Shown in pieces: positions 29,148 to 37,728 of a stretch of 64,000 nt of DNA. The translations under genes were made by a program, and so were the position numbers. Within the stretch, counting starts at the first letter, position 1; each line of letters starts with the position of its first letter. Source of the stretch: Candidatus Cloacimonas sp. (lineage in GTDB: Bacteria; Cloacimonadota; Cloacimonadia; Cloacimonadales; Cloacimonadaceae); contig DAONFA010000001.1 of NCBI GenBank assembly GCA_035403355.1, forward strand, positions 30,133 to 94,132. The letters are read 5' to 3'. The notes under the pieces are model-generated. The model was not told the DNA's origin and ran no database searches. It worked only from the letters and a program-made list of their open reading frames with translations.

Positions 29148-29612
29148 CTTTTCCTCCTTGCCTTAATATTTCTTCATTGGGTTCATAGTTTTCATAATAG
29201 TAAGAACTCCTCTTTCTATTATAGTTTGGACAAAACAAAAAAATTTGTCTCTACGCTATCAGCTATTTACATAGCAAGTTTCCACATATTCAGGAATTAT
29301 ACCTAATTTAAAATACTCTACAAGATTTCCTTTTTACAAATTGTGGATTTATGTCAAGCACGATTATTCAAAAAATATATAAATCAGAATATCAAGCTTC
29401 AGGTAACAAGGGAATAATATGTTGTAATGCATTGTGATGTAATAAAGTTCTGCTTTAGAATGGTGGAATTTATTCAACACCCCAACCGCTATAATCTATC
29501 AATTTTGATATGTGAGCTGAAAGTAACTTCATATAAGAAAGATGGTTGCCAAAGTAAAATTTTTTTCTAAGAGATAAAATGCCTATTTCCTTGTCTTTCC
29601 TGAAAAAGCAGG

Positions 29613-29746
29613 AATGGTGAACGGGATTTTTGGATCACGCAGATTACGCAGATTTTATAAACACCTGTAAGACCAAACACAAAAAAAACAGCTCACAGAT
29701 TACACAGATTTCACAGATTAAACAGATTACACAGATTTCACAGATA
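29613..29746. repeat. Second direct copy of the ~120-bp composite 9-mer element
   Basis: AATGGTGAACGGGATTTTTGGATCACGCAGATTACGCAGATTTTATAAACACCTGTAAGACCAAACAC..CAGCTCACAGATTACACAGATTTCACAGATTAAACAGATTACACAGATTTCACAGATA. Confidence 0.9.
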
Positions 29747-29792
29747 TAGTATGGACACACTGATTTAGGATGGATATAGATTTCACGGAATT

Positions 29793-29824
29793 AAACAGAT
29801 AAACTCCTATTTTTATATCTGTTT
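29793..29824 (-). terminator. Possible stem-loop downstream of the two-gene cassette
   Basis: AAACAGATA-n14-TATCTGTTT forms a 9-bp stem about 80 nt after the stop at 29902. No clear T-run follows. Confidence 0.3.
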
Positions 29825-29901
29825 GTTGGCTTTACTTTTATAAGGATGCTTGCATAAACCGATCGGTGAAGCTGCATTTTTTTCTTAGAAGTGAATAGAT
29901 T

Positions 29902-30696
29902 TTAGTAATTAGCAGCTTTTAATTTATTTATGCTATCATTGGAGTATCTATTACTCCACAGAATATATTCAGTATCTTTGTTTTGCAATGCTTCCAGATA
30001 TTCCGGCTTAATTTCTCGGTCAGTATCATTAATTATTGCCAAGCCGATAACCATTTTACTTGAAAGAAGTTCACGCATCTGTTTAATATCGCTCCAAGTA
30101 AAAAGAAAGTGGGGCAAGTTTAACTTATTTACAGTATTAAAAGCTTTTATCACAATCTCTGTATTTCTAAAGGCAATTTGAAAATCAAAGGTAAATTCAA
30201 GACCTGTGCTTCCCTTGGAAATAAAATTGGGGGTATAAATAATATCCAGTTCTTTCAAGTAAGCTTGCACATCTTCTTTAAATACTGATTCTACTGTTTG
30301 TTTGGATAGCACATAAAGGTCATTGATTTCTGAAATTGCTGATAAGAGATTCAGTTTTTTCTGGGGAAAGTTCTTTTCATCAGTTTCTACAGTTAATTCG
30401 GAATCTTCAGATAAAACTACACCATAATTTAACAAAATTCTCTCTAACATTTCTTTCCGCTTAGCAGAGCGAGAAATAGAAACACCGCTTAATTCAAGAT
30501 TATGAATTGTTTCTCCATCATCAGATAAAATTACTTTCCCTTTCTCTTTTTTAGCATATATCTCTATAGAATCGTTAAATAAACCCAGAAAAGGAGTAGT
30601 TATTTTTGTCCAGGTGGTAACAGCATCCAAAGTAATAGTAGTTTTCTGTCTTAAGAAGTTATAAAAATCATCTACCAACGCAGTTATCTGATTCAT
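29902..30696 (-). CDS. Hypothetical protein, possibly DUF1828 + DUF1829 architecture (from memory only)
   Basis: 264 aa. The N-terminal part reads ITTPFLGLFNDSIEIYAKK..VILSDDGETIHNL. The C-terminal part reads FISKGSTGLEFTFDFQIAFRNTEIVIKAFN. Its start overlaps the upstream gene's stop (ATGA at 30693-30696). Confidence 0.6.
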   Translation of the reverse strand: MNQITALVDDFYNFLRQKTTITLDAVTTWTKITTPFLGLFNDSIEIYAKKEKGKVILSDDGETIHNLELSGVSISRSAKRKEMLERILLNYGVVLSEDSELTVETDEKNFPQKKLNLLSAISEINDLYVLSKQTVESVFKEDVQAYLKELDIIYTPNFISKGSTGLEFTFDFQIAFRNTEIVIKAFNTVNKLNLPHFLFTWSDIKQMRELLSSKMVIGLAIINDTDREIKPEYLEALQNKDTEYILWSNRYSNDSINKLKAANY

Positions 30697-31220
30697 AAAA
30701 ACACCTCATCTTGCATAGTTATCTTTAACTGAGATTGGAGGTTAACTAATTTAGCAACAGCTAAAATTGCTTCCGCTATGTCAGCAGTGGATTGGATATT
30801 TTTAATAGGGAAAACATCTTTTGACAAGGGGATAGCCCAATTTAAGTCATAATCTTGGACAAAATAATGAATATGCGGAATATTAACTCCAAGATATTGA
30901 CCCATATACGGTAAGAAATGCTTCGGAACATTTTCAGTTGCCTGTTCCGGATTCTTATGAGTTCCGCAATAATCAATCCGTAATAAAGGTAATTGACCAT
31001 CTGTATTCTGAAAATGAAGAGTAAGCTTTATAATGTGTTTTTTACTGCGAGTTATTTCCAGAAAAAACTCATATTCTGCATTAGGTATAGAAATCATATT
31101 AATTCTTTCTTTCAGGTAATTAGTCAAAGTAAAAGAATAAGTATCCATCATTACTTTACCATCAAAAGCTTTTTTCTCAATTGCGATCAACTGATCAGCA
31201 AATTCCTTTGTAATTATCAT
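30693..31220 (-). CDS. Hypothetical protein with a conserved-looking His motif pair (GTHKNP ... PHIHYF)
   Basis: 175 aa with no signal peptide or TM segment. The RBS GGAG lies upstream of the ATG at 31220. It is translationally coupled to the 264-aa gene. Confidence 0.6.
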   Translation of the reverse strand: MIITKEFADQLIAIEKKAFDGKVMMDTYSFTLTNYLKERINMISIPNAEYEFFLEITRSKKHIIKLTLHFQNTDGQLPLLRIDYCGTHKNPEQATENVPKHFLPYMGQYLGVNIPHIHYFVQDYDLNWAIPLSKDVFPIKNIQSTADIAEAILAVAKLVNLQSQLKITMQDEVFL

Positions 31221-31334
31221 AAAACTCCTGATGCTCTGTCTTGATTAAATCTCATTATAGTCAAGAGAGCATAACTCTACAAATTCCACAGTATATATTT
31301 GCGCAAGGGTGTCAATAAATATTTCGCATTTTTC

Positions 31335-31400
31335 CGGGGTTTATGTTGACGGGGACATCAACATTACGGGGGTTTTTGTTGACGGGGGTATCAACCTAAC
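31335..31400. repeat. Two tandem 33-bp units with an A-variant hairpin (GTTGAC-GGGG-(A/T)-ATCAAC)
   Basis: GGGGTTTATGTTGACGGGGACATCAACATTAC / GGGGGTTTTTGTTGACGGGGGTATCAACCTAAC. The second unit overlaps the nnr stop codon (31391-31393). Confidence 0.8.
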
Positions 31401-32941
31401 GGAAAAGGCATTGGTTCTTCGTTAAGAGAAATAAACAGGTTTTCTATTATATCCGTAGGCAGGATTGAAGGTGCGTAGCGTTTTTTGGCAAGTTCTTCCG
31501 CTGTTCTACCCATAATGTAAGAAGCATTGATAGCTGCCTCTCCAAGTTCCATTCTTTGTCCGCAAAAGGAACCGATAATTCCGGCTAAAACATCTCCGCT
31601 ACCGCCTGTGGCAAGTCCATCATTTCCTCTGGTATTGATAAACATTCTTTTTTCGTCGCAAAAGATAGTAGTATCACTTTTCAGCAGGACTTTTGCCCCG
31701 GTCTTTTTTACATAATTTTCCAAAGCGGCAGAGGTATCTTCATAGAGCTGATCCAGAGTGATATTTGCCAGAGCACAGAATTCTCCAAAATGAGGAGTGA
31801 GCAGGATATTAGGTTTTTTCAGATATTGTTGCAGAGCGGGGTCTTTTGCAATTAACCGTAAAGCATCAGCATCAACAACGGTAGGCACTGTAGAAGTTCG
31901 CAAGACAAATTCCAGCATATAGTTAGCATAAGTATCAAGCCCCAAACCGGGACCTATTATAACGCTATCTGCCTTTTTAAATAGATCGGAGAATAATTTC
32001 AAGTCCGGAGTTAGTGTTTTTCCTACTCTGGGTATTCCTACAAAGAGATATTCCGAAGGGTTAGCATTATAGAAATAGGCATTTTCTTCACGACTTACCA
32101 AATAAACTAAGCCGGCTCCTGCTCTCAAAGCAGCTTTAGCGGTCATAGATATTGCCCCCAAATATCCCAAATGGCCACCTATAGCTAAAACCCTGCCGTA
32201 ATCATTTTTAGTAGCATTAAAACTGCGTTCGGGTAATTTGAAGTTGGCATTATCTATCAAAATGGCAGGGGTGAAAAAGGCATCGTTATAGCTATCGGGA
32301 ATGCCAATAGGGATAGTTACTATTTTTCCGCTCTTATATTTTCCATATTGCAGGAATAATCCGGTTTTGAACGAATGCAAAGTTAAGGTTAAATTTGCCC
32401 GGAAGGCATCTTCACCATCTCCGTTGGCTCCATTTAAGCCGGAAGGGATGTCTATAGCCACTTTGAAGGCAGCAGTATCCTCAACGCTTTCAAATATTTT
32501 TTTCAGAGTAGCCGGTAATTTACCCTTAAAGCCCGTTCCGAAGACAGCATCAATAATCATCGTTACCCCTGGTAAATTTTCAATTACATCCAGGTTGTCT
32601 AAGTTCTTATTCAAATCATAAGAAGGGATTTTAAGTGCTTTGCAGAGTTCAAAATTGTGTTTGCTTTCTGCTGTCATAGTGCCATTATGGACTTTTAAGA
32701 GGAACACACTTTTCGCGTAGTTATGCAACCAGCGGGCAAGGACAAAGCCATCTCCGCTGTTATTTCCTGTGCCGTGTAAAATGATGATAATTCCGTCTGT
32801 TTCTTCCGGATAGTTATTAATAAGATAATCGGCGCAGCCCCTGCCGGCATTTTCCATCAGCAAGGCAGCTGGAATGCCGAAGCAATTGATGGTATTGTCA
32901 TCCAGGGTTTTCATTTGAGAGGGAGTAAAAACATAAGCCAT
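31391..32941 (-). CDS. nnr: Bifunctional NAD(P)H-hydrate repair enzyme (epimerase + ADP-dependent dehydratase)
   Basis: 516 aa. The N-terminal YjeF-N part has GTGNNSGDG. The C-terminal carbohydrate-kinase-like part has LTPHFGEF and GLATGGSGDVLAG. Confidence 0.9.
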   Translation of the reverse strand: MAYVFTPSQMKTLDDNTINCFGIPAALLMENAGRGCADYLINNYPEETDGIIIILHGTGNNSGDGFVLARWLHNYAKSVFLLKVHNGTMTAESKHNFELCKALKIPSYDLNKNLDNLDVIENLPGVTMIIDAVFGTGFKGKLPATLKKIFESVEDTAAFKVAIDIPSGLNGANGDGEDAFRANLTLTLHSFKTGLFLQYGKYKSGKIVTIPIGIPDSYNDAFFTPAILIDNANFKLPERSFNATKNDYGRVLAIGGHLGYLGAISMTAKAALRAGAGLVYLVSREENAYFYNANPSEYLFVGIPRVGKTLTPDLKLFSDLFKKADSVIIGPGLGLDTYANYMLEFVLRTSTVPTVVDADALRLIAKDPALQQYLKKPNILLTPHFGEFCALANITLDQLYEDTSAALENYVKKTGAKVLLKSDTTIFCDEKRMFINTRGNDGLATGGSGDVLAGIIGSFCGQRMELGEAAINASYIMGRTAEELAKKRYAPSILPTDIIENLFISLNEEPMPFPLG

Positions 32942-32961
32942 TATATCTCCTTATTTGGTTG

Positions 32962-34494
32962 TTAGACAGGCAGTTTTATTTCAAAAGTAGTGCCTTCACC
33001 CATTGTACTTTGCAGCACTTTAATATGTCCGTTATGGTATTCTTCAATGATGCGTTTTGCCAAGCTTAACCCCAAGCCCCAACCTCTTGTTTTAGTAGTT
33101 ACACCTGGTTCAAAAATACTTTTCCATTGCCGATGAGGAATACCTTTACCCTCGTCCCGGATTTGAATATAAATCCAGGGTTTCTTTATTGTAGCGGTGA
33201 TGATGATATTTCCGCCTTTATTACTCATTGCATCCACGCAATTTTTAATCAGGTTTTCCAGGGTCCATTTAATCAGTTCCTTATCCATAAGCACCATCAC
33301 ACCATCAATTTTGCCGATGTAATGAATATCAATCTTATTTCCCAGGTGAGGCATTCTTTCCCGAAAGTATTCTACGGTTGCAGAGATAATTTCATCCAGG
33401 TTTTGGGGTTCCAGTTTTGTGATGCTGCCTACTTTGCCAAAACGGGAAGCGATGTTTTTCAGGTGTTCCAGGTCAGCAGTCATATATTGCACAATTTGGT
33501 CTATATCGCGCACACAACCATCGGGCGCGGGTTCTTTCAAATAATCCAGCCAGCCCATTAAAGAGGTTATGGGTGTTCCAAACTGGTGGGCAGTTTCTTT
33601 GGCTAAGCTTATCCAGAGAGTATCTTTTTCGGTTTGGCTAAGCAAGAACAAGCCATAGATACCAAAGAAAACAACCATCAAAGCCAGAATCAATTCCAGA
33701 ATAACTATGTAGCGTATATAGGAAAGGGATTTGGGAGTGGAAAAATAGATATAGCCCAAACTATCTGCCGCATTGGAAAGAGGAATTTCGTCCATCGTTT
33801 TAGTCAGCTGAGCCAGTTTTTGCTGTTCTTCCGTGGAAATTTCATAGTAATTGACCGTTTCCGGGATGCCTACATTTCTCCAGAAGAGGGGTTGTTTATA
33901 ATGGTCGGTAACGATGATTGAGCAATCCACATTTTTAATGAACTCGGCAAAGGAAATTGGCTTGCTGTAATAGGCATAGCCGCTAATTCTGCCATCATCA
34001 GTTAAAGGCATTTGCACCATCGTTTTCATTAAGTTTTCCAATTTTTTCTTACTTGCGGGAGATAGTTCATAAAAGAGAGTATCGGAAGGCAAGCCAACAT
34101 TTTTCCACAGCAGGGGTTGATAATTTTGGTCTGTAATAATAACCGGCACCGGGTTTTCCTGCATAAAGTCCGTGCTGATGTAATCCCAAAGGTCTTGTTT
34201 GAAATCCCGGGAAGTAGTAAATTGCAGATATTTGGAGCTTATTTCCGTAATCAATTTTGCATTGCTTTCCGCTTCTCTTAAATATCTATCGGTGTAGGCA
34301 ATATACTGAGCAAAAATGCGCGGAATAAATTCCTGTTCTTTTTTGGCTTGTTTCAACAGGAATTGAATGTAAACGGCAAAGAAGATAAAGATTGCCAAGC
34401 TGCCGAAAATAAGGATAAACCGCAGGCGATTGAAGAGATTAGTGTTCTTTGGTTTTTTCCCAGTGAGAATCGAGTTCTTCAAGATTGGCTTCAT
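32962..34494 (-). CDS. Sensor histidine kinase with a duplicated extracytoplasmic module
   Basis: The H-box is ETAHQFGTPITSL, and the ATPase motifs are NLIKNCVDA, DEGKGIP and GWGLGLSLAKRI. I prefer the ATG at 34494 (GGAG upstream) over the track's TTG start at 34530. Even so, it overlaps the mazG 3' end. Confidence 0.85.
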   Translation of the reverse strand: MKPILKNSILTGKKPKNTNLFNRLRFILIFGSLAIFIFFAVYIQFLLKQAKKEQEFIPRIFAQYIAYTDRYLREAESNAKLITEISSKYLQFTTSRDFKQDLWDYISTDFMQENPVPVIITDQNYQPLLWKNVGLPSDTLFYELSPASKKKLENLMKTMVQMPLTDDGRISGYAYYSKPISFAEFIKNVDCSIIVTDHYKQPLFWRNVGIPETVNYYEISTEEQQKLAQLTKTMDEIPLSNAADSLGYIYFSTPKSLSYIRYIVILELILALMVVFFGIYGLFLLSQTEKDTLWISLAKETAHQFGTPITSLMGWLDYLKEPAPDGCVRDIDQIVQYMTADLEHLKNIASRFGKVGSITKLEPQNLDEIISATVEYFRERMPHLGNKIDIHYIGKIDGVMVLMDKELIKWTLENLIKNCVDAMSNKGGNIIITATIKKPWIYIQIRDEGKGIPHRQWKSIFEPGVTTKTRGWGLGLSLAKRIIEEYHNGHIKVLQSTMGEGTTFEIKLPV

Positions 34495-35206
34495 TGATAT
34501 CTTCTCCGTTTTTACGGTAATGTTCTTCAATTGTATTAAACCTGCGGGTAAACTTACGGGTGCATTCCTTCAAAGCGGATTCTGCATCTATATGTAACTT
34601 TCTTGCCAGGTTCACCAAGGTAAAAATCATATCTCCGAGCTCTTCCTGGATGGCACTTTGTTCATTGCTATTCAGCGCATCGGCAAGTTCTTCCCGTTCT
34701 TCATCCAGTTTTTCCAGAACGGGTTTTATATCCTGCCAGTCAAAGCCAACGGAAGCAGCTTTTTCCTGAGTTCTTTGAGCTTGAATGAGTGCCGGCAGGG
34801 ACCTGGGAATTCCTTCCAAAACGCTTTTCCGTTCTGTTTTTTCCGCTTTTTTCAGGCGTTCCCAGTTCTTTTTAACAGCATCGGCGTCAGTTAAAGTTAA
34901 TTCTCCAAAAACATGAGGATGGCGGCGGATAAGTTTGCTGACAATTTCATCCAAAACATCGTCTATATTCCATAGACCCTGTTCATTAGAAATTTGTGCC
35001 TGCATAACAATGTGCAGCATCAGGTCGCCCAATTCTTCTTTCAGGGAATAGTAATCCTTATCTTCAATGGCTTCCACCACTTCATACAGTTCTTCAATGA
35101 AATTGGGAACCAGGGACTCGCGGGTCTGTTTTAAATCCCAGGGACAACCCTTTTCGGGAGTTCGTAAGGCAGCTACGATAGCTACCAGTTGTTCAAATTT
35201 GTTCAT
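34439..35206 (-). CDS. mazG: Nucleoside triphosphate pyrophosphohydrolase MazG
   Basis: Two MazG repeats are present (EELYEVVEAIE..ELGDLMLHIV and EELADAL..ELGDMIFTLVNLA). I place the start at MNKFEQL (ATG at 35206, with RBS GAGGA). Confidence 0.9.
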   Translation of the reverse strand: MNKFEQLVAIVAALRTPEKGCPWDLKQTRESLVPNFIEELYEVVEAIEDKDYYSLKEELGDLMLHIVMQAQISNEQGLWNIDDVLDEIVSKLIRRHPHVFGELTLTDADAVKKNWERLKKAEKTERKSVLEGIPRSLPALIQAQRTQEKAASVGFDWQDIKPVLEKLDEEREELADALNSNEQSAIQEELGDMIFTLVNLARKLHIDAESALKECTRKFTRRFNTIEEHYRKNGEDINEANLEELDSHWEKTKEH

Positions 35207-36404
35207 ATTTCCTCGGCATCCAGTTATCGGGATGCGAAATTTCGTTAATAACGGCAAAAAGTATCCAGTAATGATGTTCCCAAATAATAGAGCTGGGCAA
35301 AATGGAAGTAGGCAGGAACATCAACAGGACAAAGAAATACATTTCGTAATAATATTTATTAGCAGGGTTCATTTTTATTGCCCTCCATAATCTGTAAAGC
35401 CAAACTACATAGAGATAGGCAAAACCCAGAAAGAAAAGAAGTCCGTAATTGGTAAGCAGTTCCAGAAAGAAATTATGGGAATTGGAGATACCGCCTGTTT
35501 TATACATTCTTCCTGCCAGCATATAGTGCTCCACATTTCCAGCTCCCACACCCTTAAAGCCGCTTTCAGCTAAAATTTCCAGATTTTGGGGAATGAGCCG
35601 CGTGCGAATTTTTATGCTGCTCATTGTGAAGGACTTTGATTCCTGACCTATGCTGCCAATTTCTTCGGTAAATGTATCTTTTGTAAAAGTAACAAGGGGT
35701 TTGGCAAAGATTATTAGACCAAGAATCAGCACAGCCATCAGCAATAAGCTCAAAGTTCGCATCCGTGAAGAATAGAGAAAAATAAAGGCAAACAGGAACA
35801 TACAGGAAGAAGTGATAATAGCAATTCTGGCACCTTCAATGATAACAATGCTCATAATAATAAAATAGCAGAGCAGTGAAATAAGCCCCAGTAATTTGCT
35901 TTTTTTAATCTCCGGTAAAAACAGAATAAAAGGAATTAAGAGATTGAAAACGGCAGCTAACTGATTAGGTCCGTAAAAAGGACCTGTAGGCACGAAAGTT
36001 GTTTTATTGTATAGAAGGGATTGCGGCAAATGATGCCAGGTAAGCATTTCCCACATAGCGATAGCGATATAAACTATAACAATAAAAAACCAGAACCAGG
36101 GAGCGCATTTTTTCACAGTGAGGTCTCTGCAAAAGATGCTTACAATGATAAACAGCATCGTTTTTTTGAAAATCAGTTCGGAATGCACGATGGAGATAGG
36201 TTTTACAAAAGACCAATTGTAGCTGAGAAAAGAATAGCTTGTCCAAGTAAGTAAAAACAGTGCCGGGAGAAAATTTACTTTATTAAAAACAATTACATCT
36301 TTGTTGATGAGGGCATACAGCATACACACACAGGCAATAAACAAAAAATACATATTGTTAATGCCCATCGCAACGGGAAAATATTCCAGCAGAAAAGAAA
36401 CCAA
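35193..36404 (-). CDS. O-antigen ligase/polymerase family (Wzy_C-like) membrane protein
   Basis: Polytopic, with SNSHNFFLELLTNYGLLFF, a typical HNxxLExxxxxG loop motif. The track start is a TTG; an alternative ATG lies at 36368. Confidence 0.75.
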   Translation of the reverse strand: MVSFLLEYFPVAMGINNMYFLFIACVCMLYALINKDVIVFNKVNFLPALFLLTWTSYSFLSYNWSFVKPISIVHSELIFKKTMLFIIVSIFCRDLTVKKCAPWFWFFIVIVYIAIAMWEMLTWHHLPQSLLYNKTTFVPTGPFYGPNQLAAVFNLLIPFILFLPEIKKSKLLGLISLLCYFIIMSIVIIEGARIAIITSSCMFLFAFIFLYSSRMRTLSLLLMAVLILGLIIFAKPLVTFTKDTFTEEIGSIGQESKSFTMSSIKIRTRLIPQNLEILAESGFKGVGAGNVEHYMLAGRMYKTGGISNSHNFFLELLTNYGLLFFLGFAYLYVVWLYRLWRAIKMNPANKYYYEMYFFVLLMFLPTSILPSSIIWEHHYWILFAVINEISHPDNWMPRKYEQI

Positions 36405-36469
36405 TAGCAGCCCTGTGACCAGATGTCCTAATCTGATATTATTATAAGGAATGCTGAGAGTGGCTGTGT

Positions 36470-37657
36470 TCAGGAGACCTTCTTCTTATGGAATAGAGCA
36501 GTGTTAATGGCTGTAATTTTCTCTTTGTTCTCCCCCTGTAAGCTTTCTAAAATTAAAGCCAGAACGCAGGATAGAACAAAGGCAGCCACAGTAGATAATA
36601 CAACGGTTAAAGCTCTTTTAGGTTTAGACCTGATACCTGCCAGCTGAGGGGCATCATAAACCTCAAAAGTAGGCAGGTCTTTCACTTCTTCCAGTTTGGC
36701 AAGTTCAAATTGCGGGTAAAGATATTCTATAATCTTTTTTTCAATTTCCACATTCAGCATCAATTGAGCATATTGCATTGCCAAATCGGGTATTTTATCT
36801 ATTTGGACGATATATTCGGGCACCAGATCGCTACCGCTATTTTCCAAGCTCTTTATTTTTTGTTTCAGCAATTGCATTTTTTCGGCTAAAGCAATTACTG
36901 CAGGTGAATCTGAAGAGTATTGACTTTGGGCAAGGGAATGTTCAATTTCGGTTTGCATATATTCGGACACAATTTCACTGTAAAGTGTCAGTTGGGCTTG
37001 AGTTTGTTGAGTAATATCAATGGAGCGATTTTTCTTCTGAAAATCCCTCAATAATACAGAAAGGGAATCAACGGTTTGCAAATGATTGTTTACCTGTTTT
37101 TCCAGAAATTCCCTTTTTTGGCGTCCTTTGCTCATTTTACTGTGCAGAATGTATTTATTCAAAGAATCCACATGATATTGCACGATTTGACGGGAGAGTT
37201 CTTTGTTTTTGGTTTCCGCTATGATATTTACCAGGTATGTCTTCTGGTCGTAAAAAATCTGCATAGTAGATTCGCTAAGCTGTTTAACGGCAAGTTCCAT
37301 TGCTTTCAGGGTATCGGGTTCATCTATTTTATAATAGGGTATCAGGTTAAACTTTCTAACCACCTCTTCCTGAAATTTGCGGCTTTGCATAATGTAAATA
37401 AAATCCACTGCCATATCAAATTTATCTGTTTGCAGAATGCCACTGCCTAAAATATCCATTATGCCTCCTCCCAGGGAACCTAATCCTCCCGATTCTGCAA
37501 TAGGCATAAGAGTTGCTTTGGATTCCCAATATTGGGGAACAAGCAGAGAATATATGATAGCAGCAATAGCTACAAGACAGCAGATAGTTATTACCAGATA
37601 TTTGCGTTTGGCAATTACCAGAATAATATCCAGCAGGCCTAATCCGTTTTTATTCAT
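36470..37657 (-). CDS. Polysaccharide chain-length determinant (Wzz/GumC-like) protein
   Basis: 395 aa. An N-terminal TM segment is followed by a Wzz-like segment (LLVPQYWESKATLMP), a long coiled-coil periplasmic region and a C-terminal TM segment. Confidence 0.75.
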   Translation of the reverse strand: MNKNGLGLLDIILVIAKRKYLVITICCLVAIAAIIYSLLVPQYWESKATLMPIAESGGLGSLGGGIMDILGSGILQTDKFDMAVDFIYIMQSRKFQEEVVRKFNLIPYYKIDEPDTLKAMELAVKQLSESTMQIFYDQKTYLVNIIAETKNKELSRQIVQYHVDSLNKYILHSKMSKGRQKREFLEKQVNNHLQTVDSLSVLLRDFQKKNRSIDITQQTQAQLTLYSEIVSEYMQTEIEHSLAQSQYSSDSPAVIALAEKMQLLKQKIKSLENSGSDLVPEYIVQIDKIPDLAMQYAQLMLNVEIEKKIIEYLYPQFELAKLEEVKDLPTFEVYDAPQLAGIRSKPKRALTVVLSTVAAFVLSCVLALILESLQGENKEKITAINTALFHKKKVS

Positions 37658-37728
37658 TTTCCATCCTCTTGTGAGGTCTTAATAGTTGTTTGCAGGATAG
37701 CGCAGAAAGATTTCATCGTTTTCTTAAA

